Assembly (NCBI GenBank): GCA_963704885.1
Contig: CAVPIB010000001.1
Location: 928,001-992,000, forward strand
From: an uncultured Actinomycetes bacterium
Lineage (GTDB): Bacteria; Actinomycetota; UBA4738; HRBIN12
Length of the DNA: 64,000 bases
Direction: 5' to 3'
Position 1 is the stretch's first letter. Every line of letters begins with the position of its first letter. This document shows, piece after piece, positions 47,073 through 56,622 of the stretch. Below the pieces are notes generated by a model, which had not been told where the DNA came from, made no database searches, and saw only the letters and a program-made list of their open reading frames with translations. The position numbers and the translations under genes are program-made.

Positions 47073-48463
47073 GGGCCGAGCGACATACCGGGCGCAGTCG
47101 CGGCCAGGGGCTGGTGGCGATGGCGTTCTTGGTCGTCGTGGTCGGCGGCGCGTTCGCGTTGGATCGGGTCGTCGGACCTCTGACCCCATCGCCCCCGTCG
47201 GCCGCCGCGACCGGATCGGGCGCGTGGCTCTGCCCGCACGGCGGGGGCCCGGAGGCGTGGAAGGCCACGCTATACCTCGCGAACCCTGGCACCGGTGATG
47301 TGACCGCGCGCATCACTTCGATGTCCTCGCGCCGCCCGGCGGCCCCGTTCGACGTGGACGTTCCGGCGCAAACCACGGTGGGCGTGGAGGTTCCCGCCGC
47401 CGGGAGGGAGGCGTCCACCTTCGTCGAGTACTTCGGCGGCTGGATCGGTGCGGGGTGGGTCACCCAAGGCGGCGGGGGGGAGATCGGTGTCGGGGCCGAA
47501 CCGTGCGCTCCCGATGCTGAACGTTCTTGGTTCCTGCCGGACGGGACCACGGAGAAGGGCGAGGACGCCTACATCGTGGTCATGAACCCGTTCGCCGAAG
47601 ACGCAGTGTTCGACGTGGTCCTGCTTACCCCGAAGCGGGCGCCGATCCGTAGCTCGGAGCTGTCCGAGGTGGTGCTTCGCCCGGGGAAGAGCTTGGCGTT
47701 CCGGGTCAACGCGTTCGCCGAGGGCGAGCCGGCGGTCGGCGCCGAGGTCGACGTCACGTTGGGTCGGGTGGCGGTCTCCTCACTGGGTGTCTCGCGCGAC
47801 GCCGGGATCCGAAGCGTCATCGGCGGGACCGATGTCGCTTCGCAGGCGTTCCTACCGGCAGGAGCTGGTTCGGGACAGTCGACGCTCGTTCTGATGGTTC
47901 CGGGTGAGGATCAGATCTCGTTCGGCGCCACGCTCCTTTCTGCCGATCCTCCGGCGCCAGCGGGCGGGCTCACCGAGGCAACGCAGAACCCGACATCTGC
48001 GCGGCCGTACCCCGTGACCGCCTCCGGCGCGTCCTCCGTCGACGTGGTATCCCAAGGGTCGATTCCGTTCGTGGCGACCGAACGCGCGATCGGGGTGGGG
48101 AACGACTATGCGGCCACGGGTGGCGCGACCCAGGCTGGATCGGATTGGCTGGTCCTGCCTGCCATAGCCGGCGAGCCCTCTCACTCCGGTCTCGTGATCG
48201 TGAACCCGGGGAACACGGCGGTCACGGTTACCTTGCACGCTCTGGCACCCGAAGGCGTCACACCTCCGCCGGATATCACTCTCGTGATCCCCGCCGGCTC
48301 CGTGCGGTCGGCTCCTCCGGACTTCCTGAACGAGGATCCTCGATCGGCGATCGAGGTTCGTTCTGATGGCGGAGCCGTGATCGCGATGGCGGCCTCCACT
48401 TCGCTCGGCAACGAAGGCTTGTCCACGTATGCCCTGGCCATGGGGGTCGCGGTCGTCGGATGA
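47069..48463 (+). CDS. DUF5719-family exported protein
   Basis: TM anchor, WLCP, LYLANPG, SWFLPDGTT, VVMNPF; typical partner of the large GT2 near whiB. Confidence 0.7.
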   Translation: MRAERHTGRSRGQGLVAMAFLVVVVGGAFALDRVVGPLTPSPPSAAATGSGAWLCPHGGGPEAWKATLYLANPGTGDVTARITSMSSRRPAAPFDVDVPAQTTVGVEVPAAGREASTFVEYFGGWIGAGWVTQGGGGEIGVGAEPCAPDAERSWFLPDGTTEKGEDAYIVVMNPFAEDAVFDVVLLTPKRAPIRSSELSEVVLRPGKSLAFRVNAFAEGEPAVGAEVDVTLGRVAVSSLGVSRDAGIRSVIGGTDVASQAFLPAGAGSGQSTLVLMVPGEDQISFGATLLSADPPAPAGGLTEATQNPTSARPYPVTASGASSVDVVSQGSIPFVATERAIGVGNDYAATGGATQAGSDWLVLPAIAGEPSHSGLVIVNPGNTAVTVTLHALAPEGVTPPPDITLVIPAGSVRSAPPDFLNEDPRSAIEVRSDGGAVIAMAASTSLGNEGLSTYALAMGVAVVG

Positions 48464-48527
48464 TAGCCGCGAAAGGCCGCTATCATCGTTGGGTTCGTAC
48501 CCTTTTCGCCGACCGTGGGACACCGCC

Positions 48528-49589
48528 ATGACCCGAGGACGACACGTCAAACGCACGGTAGGCAGTGCGGTCGTCGTAATGGCGATCGCCGTCGGGATCG
48601 TGCTCCTCGCGCTCGGGGGGGTGGCCTTCGCCGCGTATCGATACGACCTAGCCACGGCTGACACGATCCTCCCCGGCGTTACCGTTGCTGGGGTCGACGT
48701 CGGGGGAATGACCAGGGCCGAAGCCGTCGAGGTCATCGACACGGTCGCGGCGCAACGCCTGGACGCGCCGATCTCCATGTCGGCCTTGGACGACTCCTGG
48801 ACGACGAGTGCGGCGGAGCTCGGTCAGTCCGCCGACGTTGAGGCGGCCGTAGATCGTGCGATCGCCGCGTCGGAGTCGACCGCGTTCCTGACGCGTGTCT
48901 GGCATCGCCTGCGAGACGAGCCGGTCGATATCGCGGTCGACCTCGAGTTCACCATATCCGGTACGTCGGCGCAGACACTGGTTGCCTCCATAGCGAGCGA
49001 GATCGCCTCGGACCCCCGGGACGCATCGGTATCCGTAGTGGACGGTGAGACGGTCTTCGTGCACTCGCGACGCGGCCGTGCCCTTGGAACGAACGTATCG
49101 CTGAAGAGGCTCCTCGCGACCCTCGATGAAGGGGCGACATACCTTCGTCTCCCCGTTACAAGAGTGAAGCCGGCGATCCCGGACTCGAAGCTGGGCAAGA
49201 CGATCATCGTCGATCGAACCACGAACGAGCTGTACTTCTACAACAGGTTCGACCTATCGAAGACCTACCACGTCGCAACGGCGGCAGCGGGCTACGTTAC
49301 CCCCGCCGGCGACTGGACCATCGTCGACAAACAGGAGTATCCGACCTGGTATAACCCGGCGCTCGATACGTGGGGGGCCGACCTGCCCGCCTCGATCCCT
49401 CCCGGCCCCGGGAACCCGTTGGGGACACGTGCCCTATACATGGACGCCCCGGGCATCAGGATCCACGGCACCTACGATGTCGGGTCGATCGGGACCTATG
49501 CCTCGCACGGATGCATCCGCATGCTGATCTCCGATGTCGAGCAGCTCTACCCGCTCGTGCCGATCGGTACCCGGGTCATCGTCTTCTGA
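48528..49589 (+). CDS. L,D-transpeptidase with PG_binding_4 domain
   Basis: ILPGVTVAGVDVGGMT; TPAG, NPLGTRAL, IRIHGT..SIGTYASHGCIRM. Confidence 0.92.
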   Translation: MTRGRHVKRTVGSAVVVMAIAVGIVLLALGGVAFAAYRYDLATADTILPGVTVAGVDVGGMTRAEAVEVIDTVAAQRLDAPISMSALDDSWTTSAAELGQSADVEAAVDRAIAASESTAFLTRVWHRLRDEPVDIAVDLEFTISGTSAQTLVASIASEIASDPRDASVSVVDGETVFVHSRRGRALGTNVSLKRLLATLDEGATYLRLPVTRVKPAIPDSKLGKTIIVDRTTNELYFYNRFDLSKTYHVATAAAGYVTPAGDWTIVDKQEYPTWYNPALDTWGADLPASIPPGPGNPLGTRALYMDAPGIRIHGTYDVGSIGTYASHGCIRMLISDVEQLYPLVPIGTRVIVF

Positions 49590-49623
49590 GGTCCTGGCGG
49601 GCCCCGGAAACCGGTTGAGATGC

Positions 49624-49652
49624 TTGAAGATCACATCCATGTGATCTAGCCT
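49624..49652 (+). promoter_or_regulatory. Leaderless promoter of DUF3499 with palindromic operator in the spacer
   Basis: TTGAAG-17-TAGCCT, GTG 6 nt later; AGATCACAT-CC-ATGTGATCT at 49628-49647. Confidence 0.7.
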
Positions 49653-49658
49653 CCGCCC

Positions 49659-49871
49659 GTGCGAACATGCGCCAAGATCCGGTGCACGGCGGAGCCGGCA
49701 GTCACCATCTCGCTCGGGTACGCCGATCGTGAGGTCGTCATCAGAGATCTGTTGACCGAGCGGGACCCGAACCTGCTGGATCTCTGCGACGAGCATGTGT
49801 CGCGGATGACGCCCCCGGTTGCCTGGACCGTTCGCGACGAGCGAGCCAGCGTGCCGGCCGTCGTCGCTTGA
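49659..49871 (+). CDS. DUF3499 family protein
   Basis: MRTCAKIRC..AVTISLGYAD...DLCDEHVSRMTPPVAW; conserved position before manB. Confidence 0.85.
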   Translation: MRTCAKIRCTAEPAVTISLGYADREVVIRDLLTERDPNLLDLCDEHVSRMTPPVAWTVRDERASVPAVVA

Positions 49872-50050
49872 CCCCCGGATGACCCCCGCCGTTCGACCGA
49901 GTCAGGGTCGGGGTCGGGTGGATCTTCAGTCCCCCGAGGTCCTTGGAGCACGGGCCCGTGGCCGACGCCGGGGACCGCCCGCACGACCCAGCGAAATGAC
50001 AGCAGGGTGCTATGGCCGTCGGACGAGCCGTGCGGCACTCTTGACCGACC

Positions 50051-50233
50051 ATGGCTGATACGAACGGAACCTGCCCAACCTGCCGATCGGGCGACCTCAT
50101 CTCGATCACCATGACCGTCGCCGGGCGCGAGCTGGCGTTCTCCACCTGTCACCTCTGCGAGGCGAAGTGGTGGTATCGGGAAGGCAAGCAGGTCCCGCTG
50201 CAGTCGGTGATCGGTCTCGTCGTTCAGCAGTAG
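50051..50233 (+). CDS. Small zinc-ribbon protein
   Basis: 60 aa, CPTC...CHLCEAKWW; fills the gap between DUF3499 and manB. Confidence 0.7.
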   Translation: MADTNGTCPTCRSGDLISITMTVAGRELAFSTCHLCEAKWWYREGKQVPLQSVIGLVVQQ

Positions 50234-50283
50234 CTCGGCGGGCCCGCCTGACGGTCGGCGAGCGCCTCCGTAGGATGCCGCTC

Positions 50284-51636
50284 GTGAGCGCCACCGATCT
50301 GAGTCGCATCTTCAAGGCGTACGACGTACGAGGCGTGGTGCCCGACGAGCTAGACGAGGAGCTCGCGCGCCGTATCGGAGCCGCGTTCGCCGGATGGACG
50401 GGCGCACCCCGGATCCTGATCGGTCGCGACTGCCGGCTGTCGTCGCCCGCGATCGCCTCCGCGCTCGCTGGGGGCATGACCGCTCGGGGTGCCGACGTCG
50501 TCGACCTCGGTTTGGCCTCCACGGATCTCCTCTACTACGCGGCCGGCTCGCTGGATATGCCCGGCGTGATGATCACAGCCAGCCACAATCCGAAGCAGTA
50601 CAACGGACTCAAGTTCTGCCTCAGCGGCGCCAGGCCTGTTGGGGAAGAGAGCGGTCTCCACGAGATCCGGGCCCTAACCGAGGCAGGTTTCACGCCCGTC
50701 GCCGACCCGGGGACCGTGGAGAGACAGGATCTCCTGCCGGCCTTCGTCGAGCACGTGTTGGGATTCGTCGGATCGGAGATGCGACCGCTCGTCGTGGTGA
50801 TCGACACCGCGAACGGCATGGGTGGATTGGTGGCGCCGGCCGTCTTCGATCGGCTACCGATCACCTTGCACCACCTCTACCCCGAGCTCGACGGCACGTT
50901 CCCCAACCATCCCGCCGACCCGATCGATCCGGAGAACCAGCGCGACCTCCGGGCGGCTGTGCTGGAGCACGGGGCGGACATCGGCCTGGCCTTCGACGGC
51001 GACGCGGATCGCGTGTTCCTTGTCGACGAACGAGCCCAGGACGTTAGTGGCTCGCTGGTGACGGCCCTCGTAGCTCAGGCGATGCTTCGGCGCGAGCCCG
51101 GCGCGGCGATCATCTACAACCTGATCTGCTCGTGGACGGTCCCCGAGGTGATCCGCGAGAACGGGGGCACTCCCATCCGCACGCGTGTCGGCCATTCGTT
51201 CATCAAGCAGGAGATGGCCGAGACGGGGGCGATCTTCGGCGGAGAGCATTCGGGCCACTACTACTTCCGCGAGAACTACCGAGCGGACTCCGGACTGATC
51301 GCGGCCGTGCTGGTTCTGGCCCAACTCTCGGAGGCCTCGGTTCCGCTCTCGCAGCTCCTGGCGCCGTTCCGGCGCTACGTCGCCTCCGGCGAGATCAATT
51401 CGAGGGTGGACGACCAGGAGGCGCGCATCGAGGGCGTGGCCGCGGCGCTCGCCGACGGTCTCCAGGACCGCCTGGACGGCCTGACGGTAGAGTTCGACGA
51501 CTGGTGGTGCAACGTCCGGGCTTCCAACACCGAGCCGCTGCTCCGCCTGAACGTGGAGGCCAGGACCGAGGACCTGCTCAGGGAGAAGACGGCCATGGTC
51601 CTTGGAGCCATCCGAGGAGAAGGAGAGGACGCGTGA
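50284..51636 (+). CDS. manB: Phosphomannomutase/phosphoglucomutase
   Basis: FKAYDVRG, ITASHNP, AFDGDADR, GGEHSGH, RASNTEPLLRLNVE; GTG 7 nt after -10 TAGGAT. Confidence 0.95.
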   Translation: MSATDLSRIFKAYDVRGVVPDELDEELARRIGAAFAGWTGAPRILIGRDCRLSSPAIASALAGGMTARGADVVDLGLASTDLLYYAAGSLDMPGVMITASHNPKQYNGLKFCLSGARPVGEESGLHEIRALTEAGFTPVADPGTVERQDLLPAFVEHVLGFVGSEMRPLVVVIDTANGMGGLVAPAVFDRLPITLHHLYPELDGTFPNHPADPIDPENQRDLRAAVLEHGADIGLAFDGDADRVFLVDERAQDVSGSLVTALVAQAMLRREPGAAIIYNLICSWTVPEVIRENGGTPIRTRVGHSFIKQEMAETGAIFGGEHSGHYYFRENYRADSGLIAAVLVLAQLSEASVPLSQLLAPFRRYVASGEINSRVDDQEARIEGVAAALADGLQDRLDGLTVEFDDWWCNVRASNTEPLLRLNVEARTEDLLREKTAMVLGAIRGEGEDA

Positions 51637-51812
51637 CGCTCGACGCCGAGTTGCTTGAGATCTTGGTGTGCCCGAACGATCGAGGCGAGGTGGACTACCT
51701 CGAGGACGAGCAGGTGATCGTCTGTCGAACCTGTGGCTACCGGTACCCGGTACGTGACGACATCCCGGTCATGTTGATCGACGAGGCCGAGAAGCCAGCC
51801 GTCGGCAGATGA
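51633..51812 (+). CDS. Trm112-family protein
   Basis: LLEILVCP...YPVRDDIPVMLIDEA. Confidence 0.92.
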   Translation: MTLDAELLEILVCPNDRGEVDYLEDEQVIVCRTCGYRYPVRDDIPVMLIDEAEKPAVGR

Positions 51813-52867
51813 CCGACCTCGACGATCCGCACGCGCTCCGACTGGCGGACCCACAAGGGATGCTCGACGCCGTCTTGGGGCTCCCGCGTGACTGTCGCTC
51901 GGCCTACGACTCCGCCCGCCTTGCCGAGGGGTTGCCGTCGACGCGCGACGTTTCCTCGGTGACGTTCTGCGGCATGGGCGGGTCCGCCGTCTCGGGCGAC
52001 GTGGTGCGCTCGGTCTTCTTGGAGCGTTTGGGTATGCCGGTCGAGGTGAACCGCTCACCTGTGCTTCCCGAGCACTGCAACTCGCGATCACTCGTCGTGT
52101 GCTCGTCGTACTCGGGGAACACCACCGAGACGTTGGCCTCGTTCCGGACCGCGCTCGCTCGAGGGTGCCGCGTGCTGGTCGTCACCTCGGGGGGGACGAT
52201 CGGCTATGAGGCCGAGGAGGCGGGCGTCGGGATCGTTCGCGTGCCCCCGGGGTATCAGCCACGTGCGGCCCTGGGGCATCTGGGGTTCGCGTCGCTCGGG
52301 GCGCTCGAAGCTATGGGGCTCCTGCCGTCGCTCGCGGACGATGTAGCAGAGGCTGTCGGCGAGATCGAGGCGTTGTTCGCGACGAGCGCCTCCGATGTCC
52401 CCTCAGCGATGGATCCCACGAAGGCTCTGGCGATCCGCATAGACGATCGCATCCCTGTCTTCTGGGGCGCGGACGGCATCGGATCGGTCGCAGCCGCACG
52501 ATGGAAGACCCAGGTGAACGAGAACGCGAAGCGACCCGCCTTCTGGTCGTCGATGTCCGAGCTCGATCACAACGAGGTCGTGGGATGGTCGGCGCCGTTC
52601 GGAGAGAGGTTCGTGGTGGTCGGACTGCGGCACGAGGGGGAGCATGCGGAGATCCCGGCGCGCTTCCCGCTCTCGTTCGCTATCGCGCGAGCATCCGGAG
52701 CCGCTGTCGAGGAGGTCCACGCCCGCGGCACGTCTGCGCTATCGCGGCTCATGACCCTGATCGCTATGGGAGACGTCATGAGCGTCTACCTGGCGCTCGC
52801 GAACGACGTGGATCCGACCCCCGTCGCCGTGATCGAGCGCCTGAAGGCGGCGCTGGCGGGATCGTGA
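51809..52867 (+). CDS. Bifunctional phosphoglucose/phosphomannose isomerase
   Basis: GMGGSAVSGD, SSYSGNTTETL, QPRAA, RWKTQVNENAK, ELDHNE, VDPTPV..IERLK. Confidence 0.92.
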   Translation: MTDLDDPHALRLADPQGMLDAVLGLPRDCRSAYDSARLAEGLPSTRDVSSVTFCGMGGSAVSGDVVRSVFLERLGMPVEVNRSPVLPEHCNSRSLVVCSSYSGNTTETLASFRTALARGCRVLVVTSGGTIGYEAEEAGVGIVRVPPGYQPRAALGHLGFASLGALEAMGLLPSLADDVAEAVGEIEALFATSASDVPSAMDPTKALAIRIDDRIPVFWGADGIGSVAAARWKTQVNENAKRPAFWSSMSELDHNEVVGWSAPFGERFVVVGLRHEGEHAEIPARFPLSFAIARASGAAVEEVHARGTSALSRLMTLIAMGDVMSVYLALANDVDPTPVAVIERLKAALAGS

Positions 52868-52871
52868 CCTG

Positions 52872-53714
52872 GTGAGCCCGAACGGTCTTCCCGGTCCCGG
52901 AGACGATCTGCCGCAGCGAGCGGCGGGGGTCGTTCGATCCCGCACGGCGATGATCCCTCGGATCGGCCTGATCCTGGGATCGGGGCTCGGCCCCGCGCTC
53001 GGTCCGTCCTTCGAGGAGGAGGCCTCGTTCGCGTTCGACGAGCTGCCCGGGTTCCCGCCCCCGGGGGTGCCCGGCCACGCAGGCAGGCTGGCCCTCGGCA
53101 GGCTCGCGGGCGTGCCCGTCGCCGCTTACTCAGGCCGCGTGCACTTCTACGAGGGGCACGGGATGGACGTCCCGGCGCTCCTGCCTCGGCTGGCGCGTGA
53201 GTTGGGTGCAGGCACGATGGTGTTGACGGCGGCGGCGGGTGGGGTCGAGCCCGGCCTGGCGGCCGGAACGGTGGTGGTCTTGACCGATCACCTGAACATG
53301 ATGGGAACGGCTCCGCTCCGTGCGTGGCGATACCCGGATGGGATGCCGGCGTTTGTTCCCATGGGCGATGCGTACGACGAGAACCTGGTGGCGCTGGCGC
53401 TCGAGAGAGCCGTGGCGCTCGACGTTGTCGCGGTACCGGGCGTCTACGCGGCGATGTCGGGACCGGCGTACGAGACGCGCGCGGAGCTGACGCTCGTGCG
53501 ACAGGCAGGGGCGACGATCGTGGGCATGTCCGTGGTGCCGGAGGCGCTCCCGGCCCGGGCGCTGGGCATGCGTGTGCTCGGGCTGAGTATGGTGACGAAC
53601 GCGTTGGGCGAACCCGTAAGCCACGAAGAAGTAGTGCGCGTCTCGAATGAGACCGCGGTCGCGGTGGGCAGGCTGTTGGTGGACCTGCTCCCGCGCATCG
53701 ACGAAGGAGCGTGA
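52872..53714 (+). CDS. punA: Purine-nucleoside phosphorylase (trimeric type)
   Basis: ILGSGLG, VPGHAG, GRVHFYEG, GPAYET, VGMSVVPE, VTN, SHEEV. Confidence 0.92.
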   Translation: MSPNGLPGPGDDLPQRAAGVVRSRTAMIPRIGLILGSGLGPALGPSFEEEASFAFDELPGFPPPGVPGHAGRLALGRLAGVPVAAYSGRVHFYEGHGMDVPALLPRLARELGAGTMVLTAAAGGVEPGLAAGTVVVLTDHLNMMGTAPLRAWRYPDGMPAFVPMGDAYDENLVALALERAVALDVVAVPGVYAAMSGPAYETRAELTLVRQAGATIVGMSVVPEALPARALGMRVLGLSMVTNALGEPVSHEEVVRVSNETAVAVGRLLVDLLPRIDEGA

Positions 53715-53717
53715 ATC

Positions 53718-54974
53718 ATGGGATGCGACGTGAAGGATATGGGGTTGGCGACCACCGGGCGTGAGCGGATCGAATGGGCGGCGGGCGAGATGCCGGTGCT
53801 CGCCCTGATCCGCGAGCGGTTCGAGAAGGAACGTCCGCTGGACGGGATCAGGATCGCCGCCTGCCTCCACGTCACCACCGAGACCGCGAACCTGATGGAG
53901 ACGCTCGCGGCCGGGGGCGCGGAGGTGGCGCTCTGCGCCTCGAACCCGCTCTCGACCCAGGATGATGTAGCGGCCGCGCTCTGCGAGCAGAGCGGGATCG
54001 CCACCTTCGCGGTGAAGGGTGAGGACACAGAGACGTTCTTCCGCCATATCAACGAGGTGCTGGACACGCACCCGCACATCACCATGGATGACGGCGCCGA
54101 CATGGTGAGCGTCCTTCACAAGGAGCGCGCGGATCAGATCGCCGAGATCATCGGCGGGACCGAGGAGACGACCACCGGCGTGATCCGCCTGCGGGCGATG
54201 GCCGCCGACGGCGCCTTGAAGTACGCGATCGTCTCCGTGAACGATGCCGATACGAAGCATCTGTTCGACAACCGGTTCGGCACGGGGCAGTCCACCATCG
54301 ACGCCATCATGCGCTCGACCAACAGGTTGCTGGCCGGGCGAACCTTGGTCGTGTGCGGCTACGGGATGTGCGGGCGCGGGGTGGCCTCGCGGGCGAGCGG
54401 GATGGGTGCGCACGTCGTGGTCACCGAGGTCGATCCCACCAGCGCGCTCGAGGCGGTCATGGAGGGGTACCGCGTGATGCCGATTCGCGACGCCGCCCGC
54501 GTGGGGGACGTGTTCGTGACGGTGACCGGCGACACCAGCGTGATCCGAGGCGAGCACATGGAGCTGATGAAGGACGGCGCCATCCTGGCGAACTCCGGGC
54601 ACTTCGACGTGGAGATCGACAAGGCAGCTCTGGCGGGGCTGGCCGTCCGTACACGACGGATCCGGGAGTTCGTCGACGAGTACACCATGGCGGACGGGCG
54701 ACGCCTGCATCTGTTGGGTGAGGGACGTTTGGTGAACCTCTCCGCCGCGGAGGGTCATCCGGCGGCGGTGATGGACATGTCGTTCGCGAATCAGGCTCTT
54801 GCCGTCGAGTGGGTCGTGAAGCAACATGAGGAGCTGGGACCTGAGGTCTATCCGGTGCCGGTCGAGATCGACAAGGATGTTGCCCGGCTGAAGTTGCGCG
54901 CGATGGGCGTCGAGATAGACACGCTCACGGCGGAGCAGGACTCCTACCTGCACTCGTGGCAGCAGGGGACGTGA
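53718..54974 (+). CDS. ahcY: Adenosylhomocysteinase (short form)
   Basis: [54 protein letters not shown]. Confidence 0.97.
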   Translation: MGCDVKDMGLATTGRERIEWAAGEMPVLALIRERFEKERPLDGIRIAACLHVTTETANLMETLAAGGAEVALCASNPLSTQDDVAAALCEQSGIATFAVKGEDTETFFRHINEVLDTHPHITMDDGADMVSVLHKERADQIAEIIGGTEETTTGVIRLRAMAADGALKYAIVSVNDADTKHLFDNRFGTGQSTIDAIMRSTNRLLAGRTLVVCGYGMCGRGVASRASGMGAHVVVTEVDPTSALEAVMEGYRVMPIRDAARVGDVFVTVTGDTSVIRGEHMELMKDGAILANSGHFDVEIDKAALAGLAVRTRRIREFVDEYTMADGRRLHLLGEGRLVNLSAAEGHPAAVMDMSFANQALAVEWVVKQHEELGPEVYPVPVEIDKDVARLKLRAMGVEIDTLTAEQDSYLHSWQQGT

Positions 54975-55624
54975 GCGAGACCGGATCCATGGAAGAGCGG
55001 GTATCCATCCGAGCGCATTTCGAGCGGTTCCCCGCCACCATCAAGGGTGCGTTCGTCTTGCGTGGGGCCGATCGCGATCCTCACCAGGTCCGGATCGACT
55101 CCGCAAGGGTGCGCGAGATCTCGGGCCGAGGAGGTCTGCCGATCGACCTGGATACCGTAACGCTGGACGTGGCGCCCAACCTCGACCTGTTCGTCCCGTT
55201 CGAGTTCGCGATCACGGAGCTCAAGGCTGGGTGGTACGGGCTGGAGTGCGATGTGGCGATCGACGGCGTGCCGACCAACGTTCGGCCGCCCAAGCGGTTC
55301 GCCGTGCCTTGGCCCCGCGGTTCGGTGCGGCGGGGCAACGTGAGCGTGAACCGGTCGGTACAGGTGGAAGGCGGGCCGAAGGTCCGCGTGGAACAGGTGG
55401 AATGTGGCGGCGATTCCATCCGGATGTCGTACTCGGTCACTCCGGCGGAGCCGGTCGTGATCCGATTGAGCGGCGACGGAGCTCCCGTTCCGGTCCTGGA
55501 GACGGAGCTCCAGGAGGAGGACGGACGCGGACGCCTGACCGCCTACCCCCTGCTCCGCACGCAGTCTCGTCTGGAGATAGACGTGAAGGGCGCCCCCGCA
55601 CCGCTGGACGTTCGTCTGCCCTAG
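54971..55624 (+). CDS. Hypothetical beta-rich protein
   Basis: GTGA overlap with the ahcY stop; 217 aa of globular composition; no family recognised. Confidence 0.7.
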   Translation: MSETGSMEERVSIRAHFERFPATIKGAFVLRGADRDPHQVRIDSARVREISGRGGLPIDLDTVTLDVAPNLDLFVPFEFAITELKAGWYGLECDVAIDGVPTNVRPPKRFAVPWPRGSVRRGNVSVNRSVQVEGGPKVRVEQVECGGDSIRMSYSVTPAEPVVIRLSGDGAPVPVLETELQEEDGRGRLTAYPLLRTQSRLEIDVKGAPAPLDVRLP

Positions 55625-55661
55625 CTCAGGCGGTGTCGTTACCTGGCGCTAGCGTCGTCTG

Positions 55662-56396
55662 GTGGTGGCCAGGGCGCTCGACGTGGTCTTCCCGCCTCGA
55701 TGCGCCGGCTGCGCGCGGGGCGCCTGGCCGTTCTGTCGACCCTGCAACTCCGCGCTCGTGCCGCTGTTGCCGCCGTGGTGTGGGCGATGCGGCCGTCCGC
55801 GTCCGGATGAAGTGGAGAGCTGTCGCGAGTGCCCACCCTCGCCTCTGGCGGGGGCCCGTGCCCCGTTCCTGTACGCCGGTCCCGCTCGCGCGGCGATCAT
55901 CCGCCTGAAGTTCTCCGGATGGCGGAGCGTGGCAGCTGCGCTGGCCGACGCGATGGTCGCCGTCGGGCCGCCACCGGCCGACGCCGTCACCTGGGTTCCG
56001 CTCGCGCGTCGGCGACTGGCCGAACGCGGGTACGACCAGGCTCGAGCCCTCGCAGTGGCGGTTGGCGCGCGACTCCACCTGCCGGTCGTTCGCCTCGCGC
56101 GCCGAGTGCTTGCCACAGACCCGCAGGCCATGCGCACCGGAGGGCAACGACGGGTTGCCATGAAGGGGGCCTTCCGACCCACGCGCCTCCCGGCGCCCGA
56201 GACGGTGCTCCTGATCGACGACGTGCTCACCACCGGCGCCACCGCTGCCGCTTGCGCTGAAGCCATGGTCGGAGCGGGTGCGCGCCGGGTGACGTTGCTT
56301 ACCGCGGCGCGCGCGTTCGCCCGTCCCGAGGGGTCTGGCTATACTCGGCTGGGCTCTCAACCGGGTCTGTGGTTGCCCGGGGATCTTCCCCGGTAG
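55662..56396 (+). CDS. comF: ComF-family zinc-ribbon/phosphoribosyltransferase protein
   Basis: FPPRCAGC..FCRPC..CGRC..CREC; RGYDQA; LLIDDVLTTGAT. Confidence 0.92.
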   Translation: MVARALDVVFPPRCAGCARGAWPFCRPCNSALVPLLPPWCGRCGRPRPDEVESCRECPPSPLAGARAPFLYAGPARAAIIRLKFSGWRSVAAALADAMVAVGPPPADAVTWVPLARRRLAERGYDQARALAVAVGARLHLPVVRLARRVLATDPQAMRTGGQRRVAMKGAFRPTRLPAPETVLLIDDVLTTGATAAACAEAMVGAGARRVTLLTAARAFARPEGSGYTRLGSQPGLWLPGDLPR

Positions 56397-56591
56397 TCGA
56401 CGCCAGCCGCGGGCGAAACGACCCACGTAAGGCGACCATTGGTCGGCCGAGCATGGCGCGGTTTAGATGTAAGTCCTGCCTCGGGCCGGGTGACCGGACC
56501 GGGAGAAGGTGCTAAGCCGTTCCTTCGGGGGCGGCGACCCCCTCCGCAGGCGGGTGTGGGGGCAAAGACCAGGTCAGCCGGGAGGGAGCCC
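56351..56591 (+). ncRNA. raiA motif RNA
   Basis: Conserved blocks in order: GGTCTGTGGTTG, AGTCGACGCCAGCCGCGGGCGAAACGACCCACGTAAG, GAGCATGGCGCGGTTTAGATGTAAGTCCTGCC, GCAGGCGGGTGTGGGGGCAAAGACCAGGTCAGCC; closing stem GGGCTCTC/GGGAGCCC; -10 TATACT 56340-56345; comF-hpf position. Confidence 0.9.
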
Positions 56592-56622
56592 ACCCGGAGC
56601 GAAAGGGGGCGAAGCTACAGGG

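Noticed and set aside
49872-50050. GC-rich hairpins after DUF3499 as an ncRNA
   Set aside because: No recognised motif; pairing is expected at this GC content.
53130-54953. 607-aa minus-strand ORF
   Set aside because: Antisense shadow of punA/ahcY.
56439-56622. N-terminal extension of HPF or ORFs across the comF-hpf gap
   Set aside because: Region is explained by the raiA RNA; HPF homology starts at ATG 56623.
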